Virus record (IMG/VR): IMGVR_UViG_3300008262_000226
Span: 106,474 to 126,473 of that record
Source of the DNA: an uncultured virus (IMG/VR IMGVR_UViG_3300008262_000226)
Taxonomy: Duplodnaviria > Heunggongvirae > Uroviricota > Caudoviricetes
Length of the DNA: 20,000 nt
Direction: 5' to 3' (one strand)
Below are positions 1 through 9,943 of the stretch, piece by piece; the stretch's first letter is position 1, and each line of letters starts with the position of its first letter. The position numbers and the translations under genes were made by a program. Below the pieces are notes generated by a model that saw only the letters and a program-made list of their open reading frames with translations, did not search any database and was not told where the DNA came from.

Positions 1-3000
1 ACACAAATAAAATTACTTGGGATGGTAATAGCAAGGGAACTGCATATGTTCACGCATATTTTTCTTATGAAAACGATTACTACATGATTCTTAAGGATCT
101 CACTGGTAATTCTGAAATTAAGTATGATAGTAATACAGTTACTACCTTTACTCAAGGATCTGTAACTGCTACTTTACTTGATCAACCAAATGGCGGAAGA
201 TCTGACATTTCTAATTTCCTTTATGTTGTGGAAGGAGCAAACGTTTACACTATGACTCCTGGCGACACTTTAAATGATGATCAAGGAGTGTCGTATACAA
301 TTGCTGAAGTAGAAGATTCTTCTGAACTTGAAAGCACTTTCTACATTTTTGATATTGATACTATCCGTAGAAGAATTGCTGGTCAACAAGATGGTGTGTA
401 TTATCTCACATGTTTACGTGGAGATATTAGACCTTTCCCAACTGGTTCTGGTGTTGGTGAAAACTTCAGAAACTTCAGATTCTCTCAACCAGTATCTAAG
501 TTATATCCAGAATTCTATAAGAACGACCCAGAATGGTATAAGGGAATAAGTGCAGCAACTGCCACGTTACTTGATCCACCACCAACAATTTCTGCGGCAG
601 ACAACTATATCCATGGTTTAGTTACGGTTAATGATTCCAAAGGATCTGTAACTAGAGAAACCGTTCTTGATTTTGTTGCTGATCCTGGAACAGGAAATTA
701 TACATATTCTGGAAATAATACAATTCAAGCTCAACCAGGATCAGCTTCTGCTGGATCTGAAGGCAGATTGATTCCTATTTCTGGCGATTCTCCATATCCA
801 ACAGAAGGAAAACTTTATATAGAACTTCGTAGACCATCTATTGCGCGTTCTGGCAACCATACCTTTGAATACCTTGGTTTCGGTCCTGGTAACTACTCAA
901 CTGGTTTCCCTGCGCGTCAGGAAGTGGTCTTAACTGATGTTCAAGACTTCTATGCTCAAGCTAAGCGTGAAGACGCTGGTATCGTCTTCTACACGGGTCT
1001 GAACTCCAATGGTGACCTCTACATTGGTAATCGCAAGATCAATGCTATTACTGGTGAAGAAACATTCCTAGAAAGAGCGGCATTAGTTGAATCTGAGGAT
1101 GAAGGAGATAGTATTGGCAATCTTGTAACTACTTTTGATACTCCAGTTACATTTAATCAAATCATCACAATTAATGGTGGTGATGGATCTGATGAAAGTT
1201 TCTTCAATTCTCCAGTTGTAATTAATAATGCAACTTCTTTCGGAACGGTAGAAAATTATCCTTCACTTAAGATTGTTACTGGAGAAGGAACTCCTGTTGG
1301 ATTTGATCAGTATTTAGAATATAATACTGTTGGTCAAAGAACAGGTGATATCGTCATTCATCAAAACAGAATTACTGCAGCTGTATTTGATTTCAATCCA
1401 AGAGGAACACAAGATTATACTATTAGAACTTCCATATCAAATATCACTCCAGATTTTAACAATACATTTGGGCAAACTACAGGATTTACTTCTCAAATTT
1501 TAGCAACTAATTTTGGAACTAGAGATCCGTTGAAGTCAGGTGATATGCTATTGAAGGGAGATCAAACTTCCTTTACTGGATCGTTAGGTTGGATATATGC
1601 TAATGATTACATTGCTATAACTAACAGATCTGATGGTCAAACAACACCTCAAGTTGTAGGTATTCAGGGTAATGCTACTGGAACATTTGCTAGAATTAAC
1701 TGGAATACTGGTATTAATAATGGTTCTCTAAGTATTAATAGTTCTACTCAAATTAGAATTACTAATGCTACTGGAACATTAGCAGTTACAAATGGTGTTT
1801 GGAATATTGTTCCAGGAAGTTTTAACGCTTCTAACAATTATATTGATGTTATTCTGAACTCTAATCTTTCTGTGTATCCAGTTAATCTTAATAATGGTAA
1901 AGGATACCCAGTTGATCAAGTAGCACAACCAAATATTGCAATCGCTCGTTCGTCTTCTCAATTTAAGGAGTGGGGTGTTCTAGGTGCAGAAGCAATTAGA
2001 ACAGAAACTTCTTCGATTGGAAATTACAAGTTAGGTATTAATACCGTTGCTCGTTCTCCACATTCTGCATATCTGACAGCATTTGTTTCTCCAGAAACAA
2101 CGCCAAGAGCAAATCTTGATGTTGTCGGTAATGCATTTATCAGTGGTAAGGCAATTAATTCTTATTTAACTGAGCAAACATCTACGAAGACAGAAACTAA
2201 TTTAGACAATGCTTTGGTTGTTGGTGGCAATAGTTTGAGTCTAAATGGTCCTGCTACATTCCGTGTTCAGACAACGAATAATGGTAGAGTAGGAATTAAT
2301 ACTTCTCTAGTTGATGTCGTAAATCCATCCAACGTTCTTGATAGAAATTTTGTAGTTGTAGGTAATGCTAGAATTACTTCAGATTTTGAATTAACAGGTG
2401 ACCTTCAAGTTAATGGTGGTGATTTAACTACAACTTCTCCATCTTTCAATTTATTAAATACTTCTTCTCCAGACATTTTAAACTTTGCTGGTGGTGCAGA
2501 AATATTTAATATTGGTCACACGACAACTGGAGCTCAAACAATTAATGTCGGCAATGCTGCTTCATCTAGTTATATTCAAGTTGGTAACGTTGCTACAGAA
2601 TCTGTTTTCAGAATTCATAGAAATTCATTAAACGCAATTGTTGATATTGCTTCCGTTGCTGATACTGTTGGTAATAGTTGTGAAGTTCAAATTGGCGGAG
2701 CATGGAACAATACTGCTAGCTTCACTGAAATACGCACCAGACAAACATTAATTGCTGGAGAATTAGAATTTGGAACTAGGTATGCTTCTGGAACTAGTCA
2801 GTCTAGAATTTTCACTCAGACTAGAGTTCTGAATGCATTTGATGGTGATCAAACCAATACAGTTAATCTTGCTACTAATGCAACTACCTTCAACCTCGGA
2901 TCTCTTGGTGGTAATACTACCATTAGAAATACTCTTAATGTTCTTGCAAGTGAAAACGTTAATGGTAATATTAGACTGAATGGTGGATTAAATGCAGGTA

Positions 3001-4907
3001 TTGTTGAAATTGTAAGAGGAAGATTCTCTACAACACCAGTCGCACACAACGTAGGAAATCTCGCAAACACCAACATTGATTATTATCAGTATAATACAAC
3101 TGGTAGAATAATTGATACTCAAGGTGTTGCACAATGGGGAGGAACTTCGTTCTTGGTTGCTGGTGGTCAAATTGCTGGTATTGATACTATTACAAATACT
3201 GGCGGAACAAATAGAAATCCTGGAACATATAGTTTCATTCCAGCAACAGGTGGAACTGGAACGGGTGCTACATTTACTATTAGCATTGCTAACGATAAAA
3301 CTCTTAATATTGATATTGTTAGCCCTGGATCTGGATATACTGATAATGACCTATTAATAATTACTGCTGCACAAATTGGTGGTGGAACTGGTGCTGGCAA
3401 TCTTACATTCCAAGTAAATGGTGTAAATGCTGGTGGATCTAGCTATTATCTACCAATTTCTACTCCTGGTGTGTTTGATTTCAGAGTTGGTGATCTTATT
3501 CTCATAGATCGTGGTGATGCAGCAACACCAGATAGTGTTGTTGTTTCTGGTGGTGGAAGCATTACTGGATTAAGAAATCAAGCAAACAGTGAGATTGTTC
3601 GTGTTACTGGATTAACAAACTTAAGTAATCCAAATGATCCAGAAGGTTTCCGAGTTCAAGTTATTCGTGGTCAGGAAGGAACACAGGTAAGAACAGATCA
3701 CCCACAAGGTTGTGTGCTTGCTAAATTAATTAAACAAACAAATGCAAGTTATATTACAGGATCTGATCTTAATAATGATGGAGTTTTAGATACACCTGTG
3801 ACGGGTATTTCAAATTCCTCTGTCAATGTTAATATTGGTGTTGCTGAATTTGGTGGAGTTCTTACTACCAGAGACTTCTTGAGATTATCTGGTTCAGAAA
3901 TCGTTGGTATTGCTAGAACGGTATCCACTGATATTCAAGTTCTTGAAGTTAACGATGGATCTTTAACACCCGCTACAGTATTCAAAGTAGAATCTACTAC
4001 TGGTAATACAATTATTGGTGGTAATCTTGGGGTTGGAACTGGATTTAATAAATTTACAGTTACTGGATCATCTGGAAACACTAATATTGCTGGAACATTA
4101 ACAACAGAGAACACATTAACTATTAATGGATCTACTATTCCTAATACTCAATTCTTTACTATTACTAACGGTGGTGCTACAGGAACTCCATTGAGAACTA
4201 CATTCCAGATTGATACTGCGAATGGTAATGTTAGAATGAATGGTGGAAACATCAACATCTATGGAACTGATGGAACAACACCTAGACTAACGTTTGTCAA
4301 TTCTTCGGGTGACTTTACCACATATGGTTCTTTCTCTGCTCTTGGAACGGGTGCTAGCACTTTTGGTGGTGATATTGTTGCTGCAGGTGATTTAACAATT
4401 AATGGTGGTGATATCACTGTTAATTCTGGAGGTAATCCTATTTTTGAGGTAAATAGTAATGGTTCTATGCGTATTGCTGGAATCAATAATTACTTTACTC
4501 AAACGGGTGGTAGAAGATGGGAGTATGCCGATGGATTTGTCATTAATGCTTTGGCAAACGTTAATTATTTTGTTAATGCTACACAAAATACGCTATTTAA
4601 ACTTCCTCAAAATGCTCTAATTGGTGATATGATTCGTATTATAGATATTGGTGGAAACTTAAATTATAATTTAAGTTTGATTGTAAGAGCTCCTGACAAC
4701 GTAAAAGTTCAGAACGCATCTGATAATACTGCAAGAAATATTGCTTCTGGTATTCCAGTTTCTGATTTTGTTGGATATAATGGTGGTGAAATGGTTGTTC
4801 AAACTCCATACGCTGCATTTGCACTAGTTTTTGCAGGATCTACAACTCCAGATGGCAACACTGCTGTTCCATCATCTATCGCTGGTTGGTATTTAATCGA
4901 AGTCTAA
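1..4907 (+). CDS. Giant virion structural / tail-fibre-like protein of T4-like cyanophage type, 5'-truncated by the window edge
   Basis: The frame is open from position 3 (TNKITWDGNSKGTAYVHAYFSYENDYYMIL...), so ATG84 is probably internal. T/G/N/S-rich beta composition. Contains the RRPSIARSGNHTFEYLGFGPGNYSTGFP block I recall from large cyanomyophage structural proteins, 'GRVGINT' fibre repeats, a 'GGTGTGATF..I.SPGSGY' repeat, and a C-terminal 'LP..A.IGDMIRIIDIGG...LVF...GWYL.EV' domain typical of T4-like tail/baseplate proteins. Confidence 0.8.
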   Translation, partial: TNKITWDGNSKGTAYVHAYFSYENDYYMILKDLTGNSEIKYDSNTVTTFTQGSVTATLLDQPNGGRSDISNFLYVVEGANVYTMTPGDTLNDDQGVSYTIAEVEDSSELESTFYIFDIDTIRRRIAGQQDGVYYLTCLRGDIRPFPTGSGVGENFRNFRFSQPVSKLYPEFYKNDPEWYKGISAATATLLDPPPTISAADNYIHGLVTVNDSKGSVTRETVLDFVADPGTGNYTYSGNNTIQAQPGSASAGSEGRLIPISGDSPYPTEGKLYIELRRPSIARSGNHTFEYLGFGPGNYSTGFPARQEVVLTDVQDFYAQAKREDAGIVFYTGLNSNGDLYIGNRKINAITGEETFLERAALVESEDEGDSIGNLVTTFDTPVTFNQIITINGGDGSDESFFNSPVVINNATSFGTVENYPSLKIVTGEGTPVGFDQYLEYNTVGQRTGDIVIHQNRITAAVFDFNPRGTQDYTIRTSISNITPDFNNTFGQTTGFTSQILATNFGTRDPLKSGDMLLKGDQTSFTGSLGWIYANDYIAITNRSDGQTTPQVVGIQGNATGTFARINWNTGINNGSLSINSSTQIRITNATGTLAVTNGVWNIVPGSFNASNNYIDVILNSNLSVYPVNLNNGKGYPVDQVAQPNIAIARSSSQFKEWGVLGAEAIRTETSSIGNYKLGINTVARSPHSAYLTAFVSPETTPRANLDVVGNAFISGKAINSYLTEQTSTKTETNLDNALVVGGNSLSLNGPATFRVQTTNNGRVGINTSLVDVVNPSNVLDRNFVVVGNARITSDFELTGDLQVNGGDLTTTSPSFNLLNTSSPDILNFAGGAEIFNIGHTTTGAQTINVGNAASSSYIQVGNVATESVFRIHRNSLNAIVDIASVADTVGNSCEVQIGGAWNNTASFTEIRTRQTLIAGELEFGTRYASGTSQSRIFTQTRVLNAFDGDQTNTVNLATNATTFNLGSLGGNTTIRNTLNVLASENVNGNIRLNGGLNAGIVEIVRGRFSTTPVAHNVGNLANTNIDYYQYNTTGRIIDTQGVAQWGGTSFLVAGGQIAGIDTITNTGGTNRNPGTYSFIPATGGTGTGATFTISIANDKTLNIDIVSPGSGYTDNDLLIITAAQIGGGTGAGNLTFQVNGVNAGGSSYYLPISTPGVFDFRVGDLILIDRGDAATPDSVVVSGGGSITGLRNQANSEIVRVTGLTNLSNPNDPEGFRVQVIRGQEGTQVRTDHPQGCVLAKLIKQTNASYITGSDLNNDGVLDTPVTGISNSSVNVNIGVAEFGGVLTTRDFLRLSGSEIVGIARTVSTDIQVLEVNDGSLTPATVFKVESTTGNTIIGGNLGVGTGFNKFTVTGSSGNTNIAGTLTTENTLTINGSTIPNTQFFTITNGGATGTPLRTTFQIDTANGNVRMNGGNINIYGTDGTTPRLTFVNSSGDFTTYGSFSALGTGASTFGGDIVAAGDLTINGGDITVNSGGNPIFEVNSNGSMRIAGINNYFTQTGGRRWEYADGFVINALANVNYFVNATQNTLFKLPQNALIGDMIRIIDIGGNLNYNLSLIVRAPDNVKVQNASDNTARNIASGIPVSDFVGYNGGEMVVQTPYAAFALVFAGSTTPDGNTAVPSSIAGWYLIEV

Positions 4908-4908
4908 T

Positions 4909-6138
4909 ATGTTTTACCAAGAAGTAAAATCCGCAAGGGCAGCTGCAATAGGCACCATCATGCCCTGGACAGGACCAATTAGTGACGTTCCTAAGGGATG
5001 GGTATTCTGTAATGGTCAAACTGTTACAGCAAGTGAGTATCCATTATTAGTTCAGGCAATAGGTGATACCTATAATGCAGGAACTTCAGATCTTGGTGGG
5101 TCTTTTCCTAATTATAGTGGAAGTATAGTTCTTCCTAGTTTAAATGGAAAAGCATTGATGGATTTGGAAGAATCATATTTTGCTAGTAGAGCAAGTGGTG
5201 GCACTGGAAGAGCAGCGGATACAAATACAGAGGCAAGAACTATTATTTCTCCGTATATTGGAACTAACTCTGATAATTCTATTCCAGTTATTTTTAATGA
5301 TGTCTATACTGATGTTATTTTTACATTAAATGATAGAAGTGGATATGGTGGTAGGATCAGAGGATCTAGTATTCAAAGAGGTGAGGCTTCTAGAACAGTT
5401 TATATTGCTCCAAGAAAATTAGGTAGAAATCATCTTAGGGGTCATAGACATTCTGGTAGTTACGACACCATATCTAGAACTCCAGATTCATCTCCTGGTG
5501 ATGGGGTAATTCCTTGGGATAATATGGAATTCAAATTTGGTCTTGGTATTCAAGACGTTGAACCAGGACCTCAGGGTGATGTTTATGGTTTGAACTTTCA
5601 AATGACGAGAGGTGATACGTGGTCGGATATAGAAAGCAGAAGTGGTTTTGGTAGTGGTCAGGCAGGAAGAACTGTTGCTGCTGTTTGGTCTGAAAATCCT
5701 CCCATAAACTTATTTCCTCAATCTGTTCGTAGAACTCCTATTTCTGGTGCATTGCAAGATGCAAGATTAACTTCTGGCAGAACTGTTTCTTATGGTATAG
5801 GTGGAGGAACTGTTACTGTTCCTAGTGGGTATACAAATTATTATGCTGATCTTGGAACATCTACAAATTATGGAACATTAAATAGTCATCCAGCATATGA
5901 TTTCAATCAAAACTCAGGAGCAATTGGATTTAATCCAGTTATAGAACCACATAATCATGACGAAATAGATGTAACTTTTGATACTGGAAATCTTAGACCA
6001 CAAAGTTCTTTGACGGCTAGTGCAAACATACCAGTAACTACTACATTAGATAATACTCAAAATAGATCGGTATTGCAAGTTAATTTTAATACTTCGCAAC
6101 CAGGATTAAATTGCATTTATATCATCAGAGCATACTAG
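4909..6138 (+). CDS. Phage tail-collar domain protein (short tail fibre / baseplate-associated, gp12-like), 409 aa
   Basis: N-terminal collar motif IGTIMPWTG...VPKGWVFCNGQ...EYPLLVQAIGDTY...LPSL. HxH motifs GHRH and PHNH. C-terminal 'QP.L...YIIRAY' closing strand typical of collar proteins. Confidence 0.85.
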   Translation: MFYQEVKSARAAAIGTIMPWTGPISDVPKGWVFCNGQTVTASEYPLLVQAIGDTYNAGTSDLGGSFPNYSGSIVLPSLNGKALMDLEESYFASRASGGTGRAADTNTEARTIISPYIGTNSDNSIPVIFNDVYTDVIFTLNDRSGYGGRIRGSSIQRGEASRTVYIAPRKLGRNHLRGHRHSGSYDTISRTPDSSPGDGVIPWDNMEFKFGLGIQDVEPGPQGDVYGLNFQMTRGDTWSDIESRSGFGSGQAGRTVAAVWSENPPINLFPQSVRRTPISGALQDARLTSGRTVSYGIGGGTVTVPSGYTNYYADLGTSTNYGTLNSHPAYDFNQNSGAIGFNPVIEPHNHDEIDVTFDTGNLRPQSSLTASANIPVTTTLDNTQNRSVLQVNFNTSQPGLNCIYIIRAY

Positions 6139-6147
6139 GATAAAAAA

Positions 6148-7059
6148 ATGGCAGTTAGATACGCTAATTACGCAAGAGAAAAATCTAGATTTGGTGGGTA
6201 TTGTGGTGCTATTATTATGCATTCAACTCCTGGAGTTGGAGTTAACAATGACCCTACTTCTGCAGTATTTAAAAATAATTTACCAGCTGGTTATTTAAAA
6301 TGTGATGGCACGGTAAAGAGTGTTAGAGATTTTTATGCTTTGGCTCAAATTCTTGGTGTTGGTGACGATTGTAGATTTAAAAAAGATGGAACTCAATTAA
6401 GAAATGCTGATCCCACGACAGGAGATTTGGGTCAATTTCAACTTCCAGATTTAGGATCTAAAGTTATTCTCCCAAACAGATCAACAGGAACATACGTTAA
6501 TGATAGAGTAGAAACGGATGGTGGAACAACATCCACAAATATTGTTAATAGAGTGGGACCTCAAATTGAGGTCGCTAGTAATGTGGGAAATCGTATAGAA
6601 GTAAATTATTCTGGAAATCTACAAGTAACTGCTGCAAGTGGAATTAATTTTAGTGGAAATGCAAAATACAATATGGTAAGCACTTTATCCACTACAACAT
6701 TAGGAATTGAAAATTTCCAAGGTCATGCTCACAATTCATCGCAAAGTTATTTAAATTTTTCTGCTACCCATAGAGTTGGATCAACAGGTGGTAAAGATGG
6801 TGGTAACTTAAGTGGAAATAGTGGATCTGGTAATGTGTTTGGAGAAACTCAGACAAATACTTCATCTCCATCAACACATAGTCATGGTATAATACGACCA
6901 ACAACATATAATCCTAATCCATTTACTTATTCTTATTCTCAATTTAACGCTCCACTAGATAATGTAGTTTCATATGTTGATATTGATATTCAAAATCAAG
7001 ATAAATTAGATCAGGTTGTAACTCCTTTTATTCTAATTGAATATTTAATTAAGTTCTAA
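6148..7059 (+). CDS. Phage tail-collar domain protein, 303 aa
   Basis: LPAGYLKCDG...FYALAQILGVG...FQLPDLGSK collar motif. HxH motifs GHAH and THSH. C-terminal 'PFILIEYLIKF'. Confidence 0.8.
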   Translation: MAVRYANYAREKSRFGGYCGAIIMHSTPGVGVNNDPTSAVFKNNLPAGYLKCDGTVKSVRDFYALAQILGVGDDCRFKKDGTQLRNADPTTGDLGQFQLPDLGSKVILPNRSTGTYVNDRVETDGGTTSTNIVNRVGPQIEVASNVGNRIEVNYSGNLQVTAASGINFSGNAKYNMVSTLSTTTLGIENFQGHAHNSSQSYLNFSATHRVGSTGGKDGGNLSGNSGSGNVFGETQTNTSSPSTHSHGIIRPTTYNPNPFTYSYSQFNAPLDNVVSYVDIDIQNQDKLDQVVTPFILIEYLIKF

Positions 7060-8768
7060 TGCCACAGTTAGCATCTATCACCAACACTCAAAATTATACT
7101 ATACCACAAGATGTTTATAGTATGCGTATACGCATCTATGGAGCAGGAGGTGGTGGAGAATTTATTAATAATAATGTTGCACTAACATCCACTGCTGGAA
7201 CTTCTGGTGGATCTTCGTCTTTTCTTGGATTAATTGCTGGTGGGGGAACTGGGGGTGGAATTGGTGGTAAAAATTCTGGTGGAAATGGGGGAGGAACTTC
7301 ATTTACTTACAATTGGTCTAATTTAGGAGCTACTATTTCTACAGTTTCTGGTTCTAGTGGTGGAATTAGCACAGGTGGAACTGGTGGAAATATTGCGGGG
7401 GTTACAAAAAATGGAGGAAACGGTACACCAGGGCAAGTTAGCTATACATCTAATGTATATCATGAATTTAATAATGAGACTAATGTTACTCTTTTTACTA
7501 GCAATAGCCCTGATTTGACAGTTTCAATTAATAACACTGGATCTCCTGACGGAACTCCATGTGGATTACCTCCTAGTGGAAAAAATTATGGAGTTTATTT
7601 TAATGTTCCTTTTGTTGATTCTAGTTATAGTGTAAGTGTATTTGGAGTATGTCAGCAAGCAGCTGCGGGTGGAACAGCTGGTGCTCCATATTCTTTGGAT
7701 GGAATTGGTGCTAAAAGTGCAAATGGATTTCAAATATGGTTTACTACGGGAGCTTGTAAAAATACTTACATTAGATGTTTTAGTTTTACTGCTACAGGAT
7801 TGAAGGTAGGAGCGCGTGGGAGAGGAGGTGGTGGTGGTGGAGCCCTAGAAACTACTCTTACTAGAGAAATGTTATTGGGATCTGGGGGGACATATTCACC
7901 AGGAACTACGCATACTGCTACAGTTGGGGGTGGTGGATCTAGAGGAGGGAATACTGCATTTGATGGTGCAAGTGGGTTGATTGATTTATATCTTTTGATT
8001 ATTCCTAGGATTAGTTTAAGTGCTACTAGAACACAAATTGCAGTTGGGGAATCTACTACATTAAATTGGTCAACCACTGGCGATGCTAGTAGTATTTCTT
8101 GGTCATCTGGAGGATTAACGAATGGAAATTTAGCTAGTAGCGCAACAGTTTCGCCAACAGTTACTACTACATATACTGCTACCGCGAGTGGATTGGGTGG
8201 AACTTCCCCACCAGCAAGTGTTACTATAGTAGTTTATCAGAGACCTACGGCTTCAATTACAGTTCCTTCTACTTTATTGTATGGTCAACAGGGAACAATT
8301 AGTTACGATACAAATTACGCTAATACTAGTATCACAATAACGCCAACATATAGTTATGATAATGGCACTGTAACTGGAACCGTAGTTAATATCACTCCAG
8401 CTGCTTCTGCTGAAAATGGCTCAGCAGGAACTCAAGTTGCTGGTAGTTTCACATCATCAATACCCTACAATAATTATGGACCTAGAACAGTTCAATATAC
8501 TTTAAATGCAGTTGGATCTGGTGGTAATACTACAGCACCTGTTACTAATACTACAATTATTATTGACGAAACTCCAGAAAATGTTAATATTCCTGAAACG
8601 GAAGATGCGTTTAAAAACCAAGATCCAGTTTTCTCTCCTGATTATGATGTTACTTCGAGTTATTTGCAAGTATTAGATATTGATATTCCAGTAGAAATTA
8701 AAGCTAGTGCCCCAATTAAAGTAGATAAAAATTTACAAGAAAACTGGCAGGATGTAAGGAGATTATAA
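7059..8768 (+). CDS. Putative adhesin / tail-tip protein A (Gly-rich head with lectin-like insert, Ig/PKD-like stalk, conserved 67-aa C-terminal module), 569 aa
   Basis: Start overlaps the upstream stop (TAATG). GAGGGG...GGGGGG glycine-rich domain and an Ig-like repeat 'GESTTLNWSTTGDAS...TTTYTATASG.GG'. C-terminus DETPEN...WQDVRRL is shared with the next two ORFs. Confidence 0.7.
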   Translation: MPQLASITNTQNYTIPQDVYSMRIRIYGAGGGGEFINNNVALTSTAGTSGGSSSFLGLIAGGGTGGGIGGKNSGGNGGGTSFTYNWSNLGATISTVSGSSGGISTGGTGGNIAGVTKNGGNGTPGQVSYTSNVYHEFNNETNVTLFTSNSPDLTVSINNTGSPDGTPCGLPPSGKNYGVYFNVPFVDSSYSVSVFGVCQQAAAGGTAGAPYSLDGIGAKSANGFQIWFTTGACKNTYIRCFSFTATGLKVGARGRGGGGGGALETTLTREMLLGSGGTYSPGTTHTATVGGGGSRGGNTAFDGASGLIDLYLLIIPRISLSATRTQIAVGESTTLNWSTTGDASSISWSSGGLTNGNLASSATVSPTVTTTYTATASGLGGTSPPASVTIVVYQRPTASITVPSTLLYGQQGTISYDTNYANTSITITPTYSYDNGTVTGTVVNITPAASAENGSAGTQVAGSFTSSIPYNNYGPRTVQYTLNAVGSGGNTTAPVTNTTIIIDETPENVNIPETEDAFKNQDPVFSPDYDVTSSYLQVLDIDIPVEIKASAPIKVDKNLQENWQDVRRL

Positions 8769-8769
8769 A

Positions 8770-9942
8770 ATGCCAATATATTCAACTAGTAGAGATGTAG
8801 GGTGGAATGCATGTACTCAAGGGCAAAATATTGCGTGGTCTTGGAGTGTGCAGAATAGCACTAGTTCTGATAGTTTTATATTTAATCCTGTTGCTATCGC
8901 TTTTACTTTAGATGGTCCTTCTAGACCAAATGCTCCATCTGTAAGTATTTCTGTAAACCCTTCTTCTATTATTAATAATGGATCATCTTCAGCAACATTA
9001 TCTTGGTCTGCTTCTGGAAACGTAAGTAGTGTTAGTGTTACTGATGTAAGTAGCCCTGGAACATCAGGAAGCAGAACTGTTCAGCCAACCTCTACTAGAA
9101 CATATACTATCACTGCAAGCGGTGAAGGTGGAACAAGTAATGCAAGTACAACTCTTACTGTATATCAACCACCAAATCTTACGTTATCTTTAGACAGATC
9201 TTCTATTGCCGCAGGAGAATCTACTACACTTAGATGGTCAACTACTGGAGACGCAAGCACAATTACATGGACTTCTGGTGGTATTACTAATGGCAACTTG
9301 AATAGTTTTACTACAGTTTCACCAACACAATCACAAACTTATTCTGCAACTGTTTCTGGATTAGGTGGTAGTGATAGTGATAGTATTAGATTAACAGTAT
9401 ATCAAAGACCAACAGTTTCATTGACTGTTCCAACTACATTAAATTATGGTCAACAGGGTATTATAAGTTATGAGAGTTGTTATAGCAATACATCATTAAC
9501 AATTACTCCATCTTACAGTTACTCTAATTCTTCTGGATCATCAACTGTAACTGGTGATGCTATTGCTCTACCCACACCAAATTCTGCTGAAGAAGGTGTT
9601 GGAATAAATTGTGTTAGTGGAACGTTAAATACTACTATACCTTACACTAGTTCTGGTCCTAGAACAGTTACTTACTCTTTAGCTGCAGTAGGTTCTGGCG
9701 GCGATCGAACAATTACTAATAGTGTAACAATTAATATCGATGAAACTCCAGAAAATATTAATGTTCCTGAAACAGATGAGTTATATAAACAACAAGAACC
9801 AATTTATACACCAAACTACACAATAACATCAAATTATTTAGAAATTGCTGATATTGATATCCCCGTGGAGATAAAATCTAATTTTCCGATTAAAGTGGAT
9901 AGAAATAGACAAGACAACTGGCAAGATTTAAGACAAATATAA
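8770..9942 (+). CDS. Putative adhesin / tail-tip protein B (short head, tandem Ig/PKD-like repeats, conserved C-terminal module), 390 aa
   Basis: Two 'TL.WS....S....TY..T.SG.GG' Ig-like repeats. Paralogous C-terminus DETPEN...WQDLRQI. Confidence 0.7.
   Translation: MPIYSTSRDVGWNACTQGQNIAWSWSVQNSTSSDSFIFNPVAIAFTLDGPSRPNAPSVSISVNPSSIINNGSSSATLSWSASGNVSSVSVTDVSSPGTSGSRTVQPTSTRTYTITASGEGGTSNASTTLTVYQPPNLTLSLDRSSIAAGESTTLRWSTTGDASTITWTSGGITNGNLNSFTTVSPTQSQTYSATVSGLGGSDSDSIRLTVYQRPTVSLTVPTTLNYGQQGIISYESCYSNTSLTITPSYSYSNSSGSSTVTGDAIALPTPNSAEEGVGINCVSGTLNTTIPYTSSGPRTVTYSLAAVGSGGDRTITNSVTINIDETPENINVPETDELYKQQEPIYTPNYTITSNYLEIADIDIPVEIKSNFPIKVDRNRQDNWQDLRQI
9208..9431 (+). repeat. Dispersed direct repeat copy 1 (in protein B gene): 99-bp perfect block 9208-9306 plus 81-bp block 9351-9431
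   Basis: By direct comparison, 9208-9306 is identical to 10940-11038, and 9351-9431 matches 11083-11163 with one mismatch (A9363/G11095). Constant offset of 1732 bp. Confidence 0.95.
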
Positions 9943-9943
9943 G

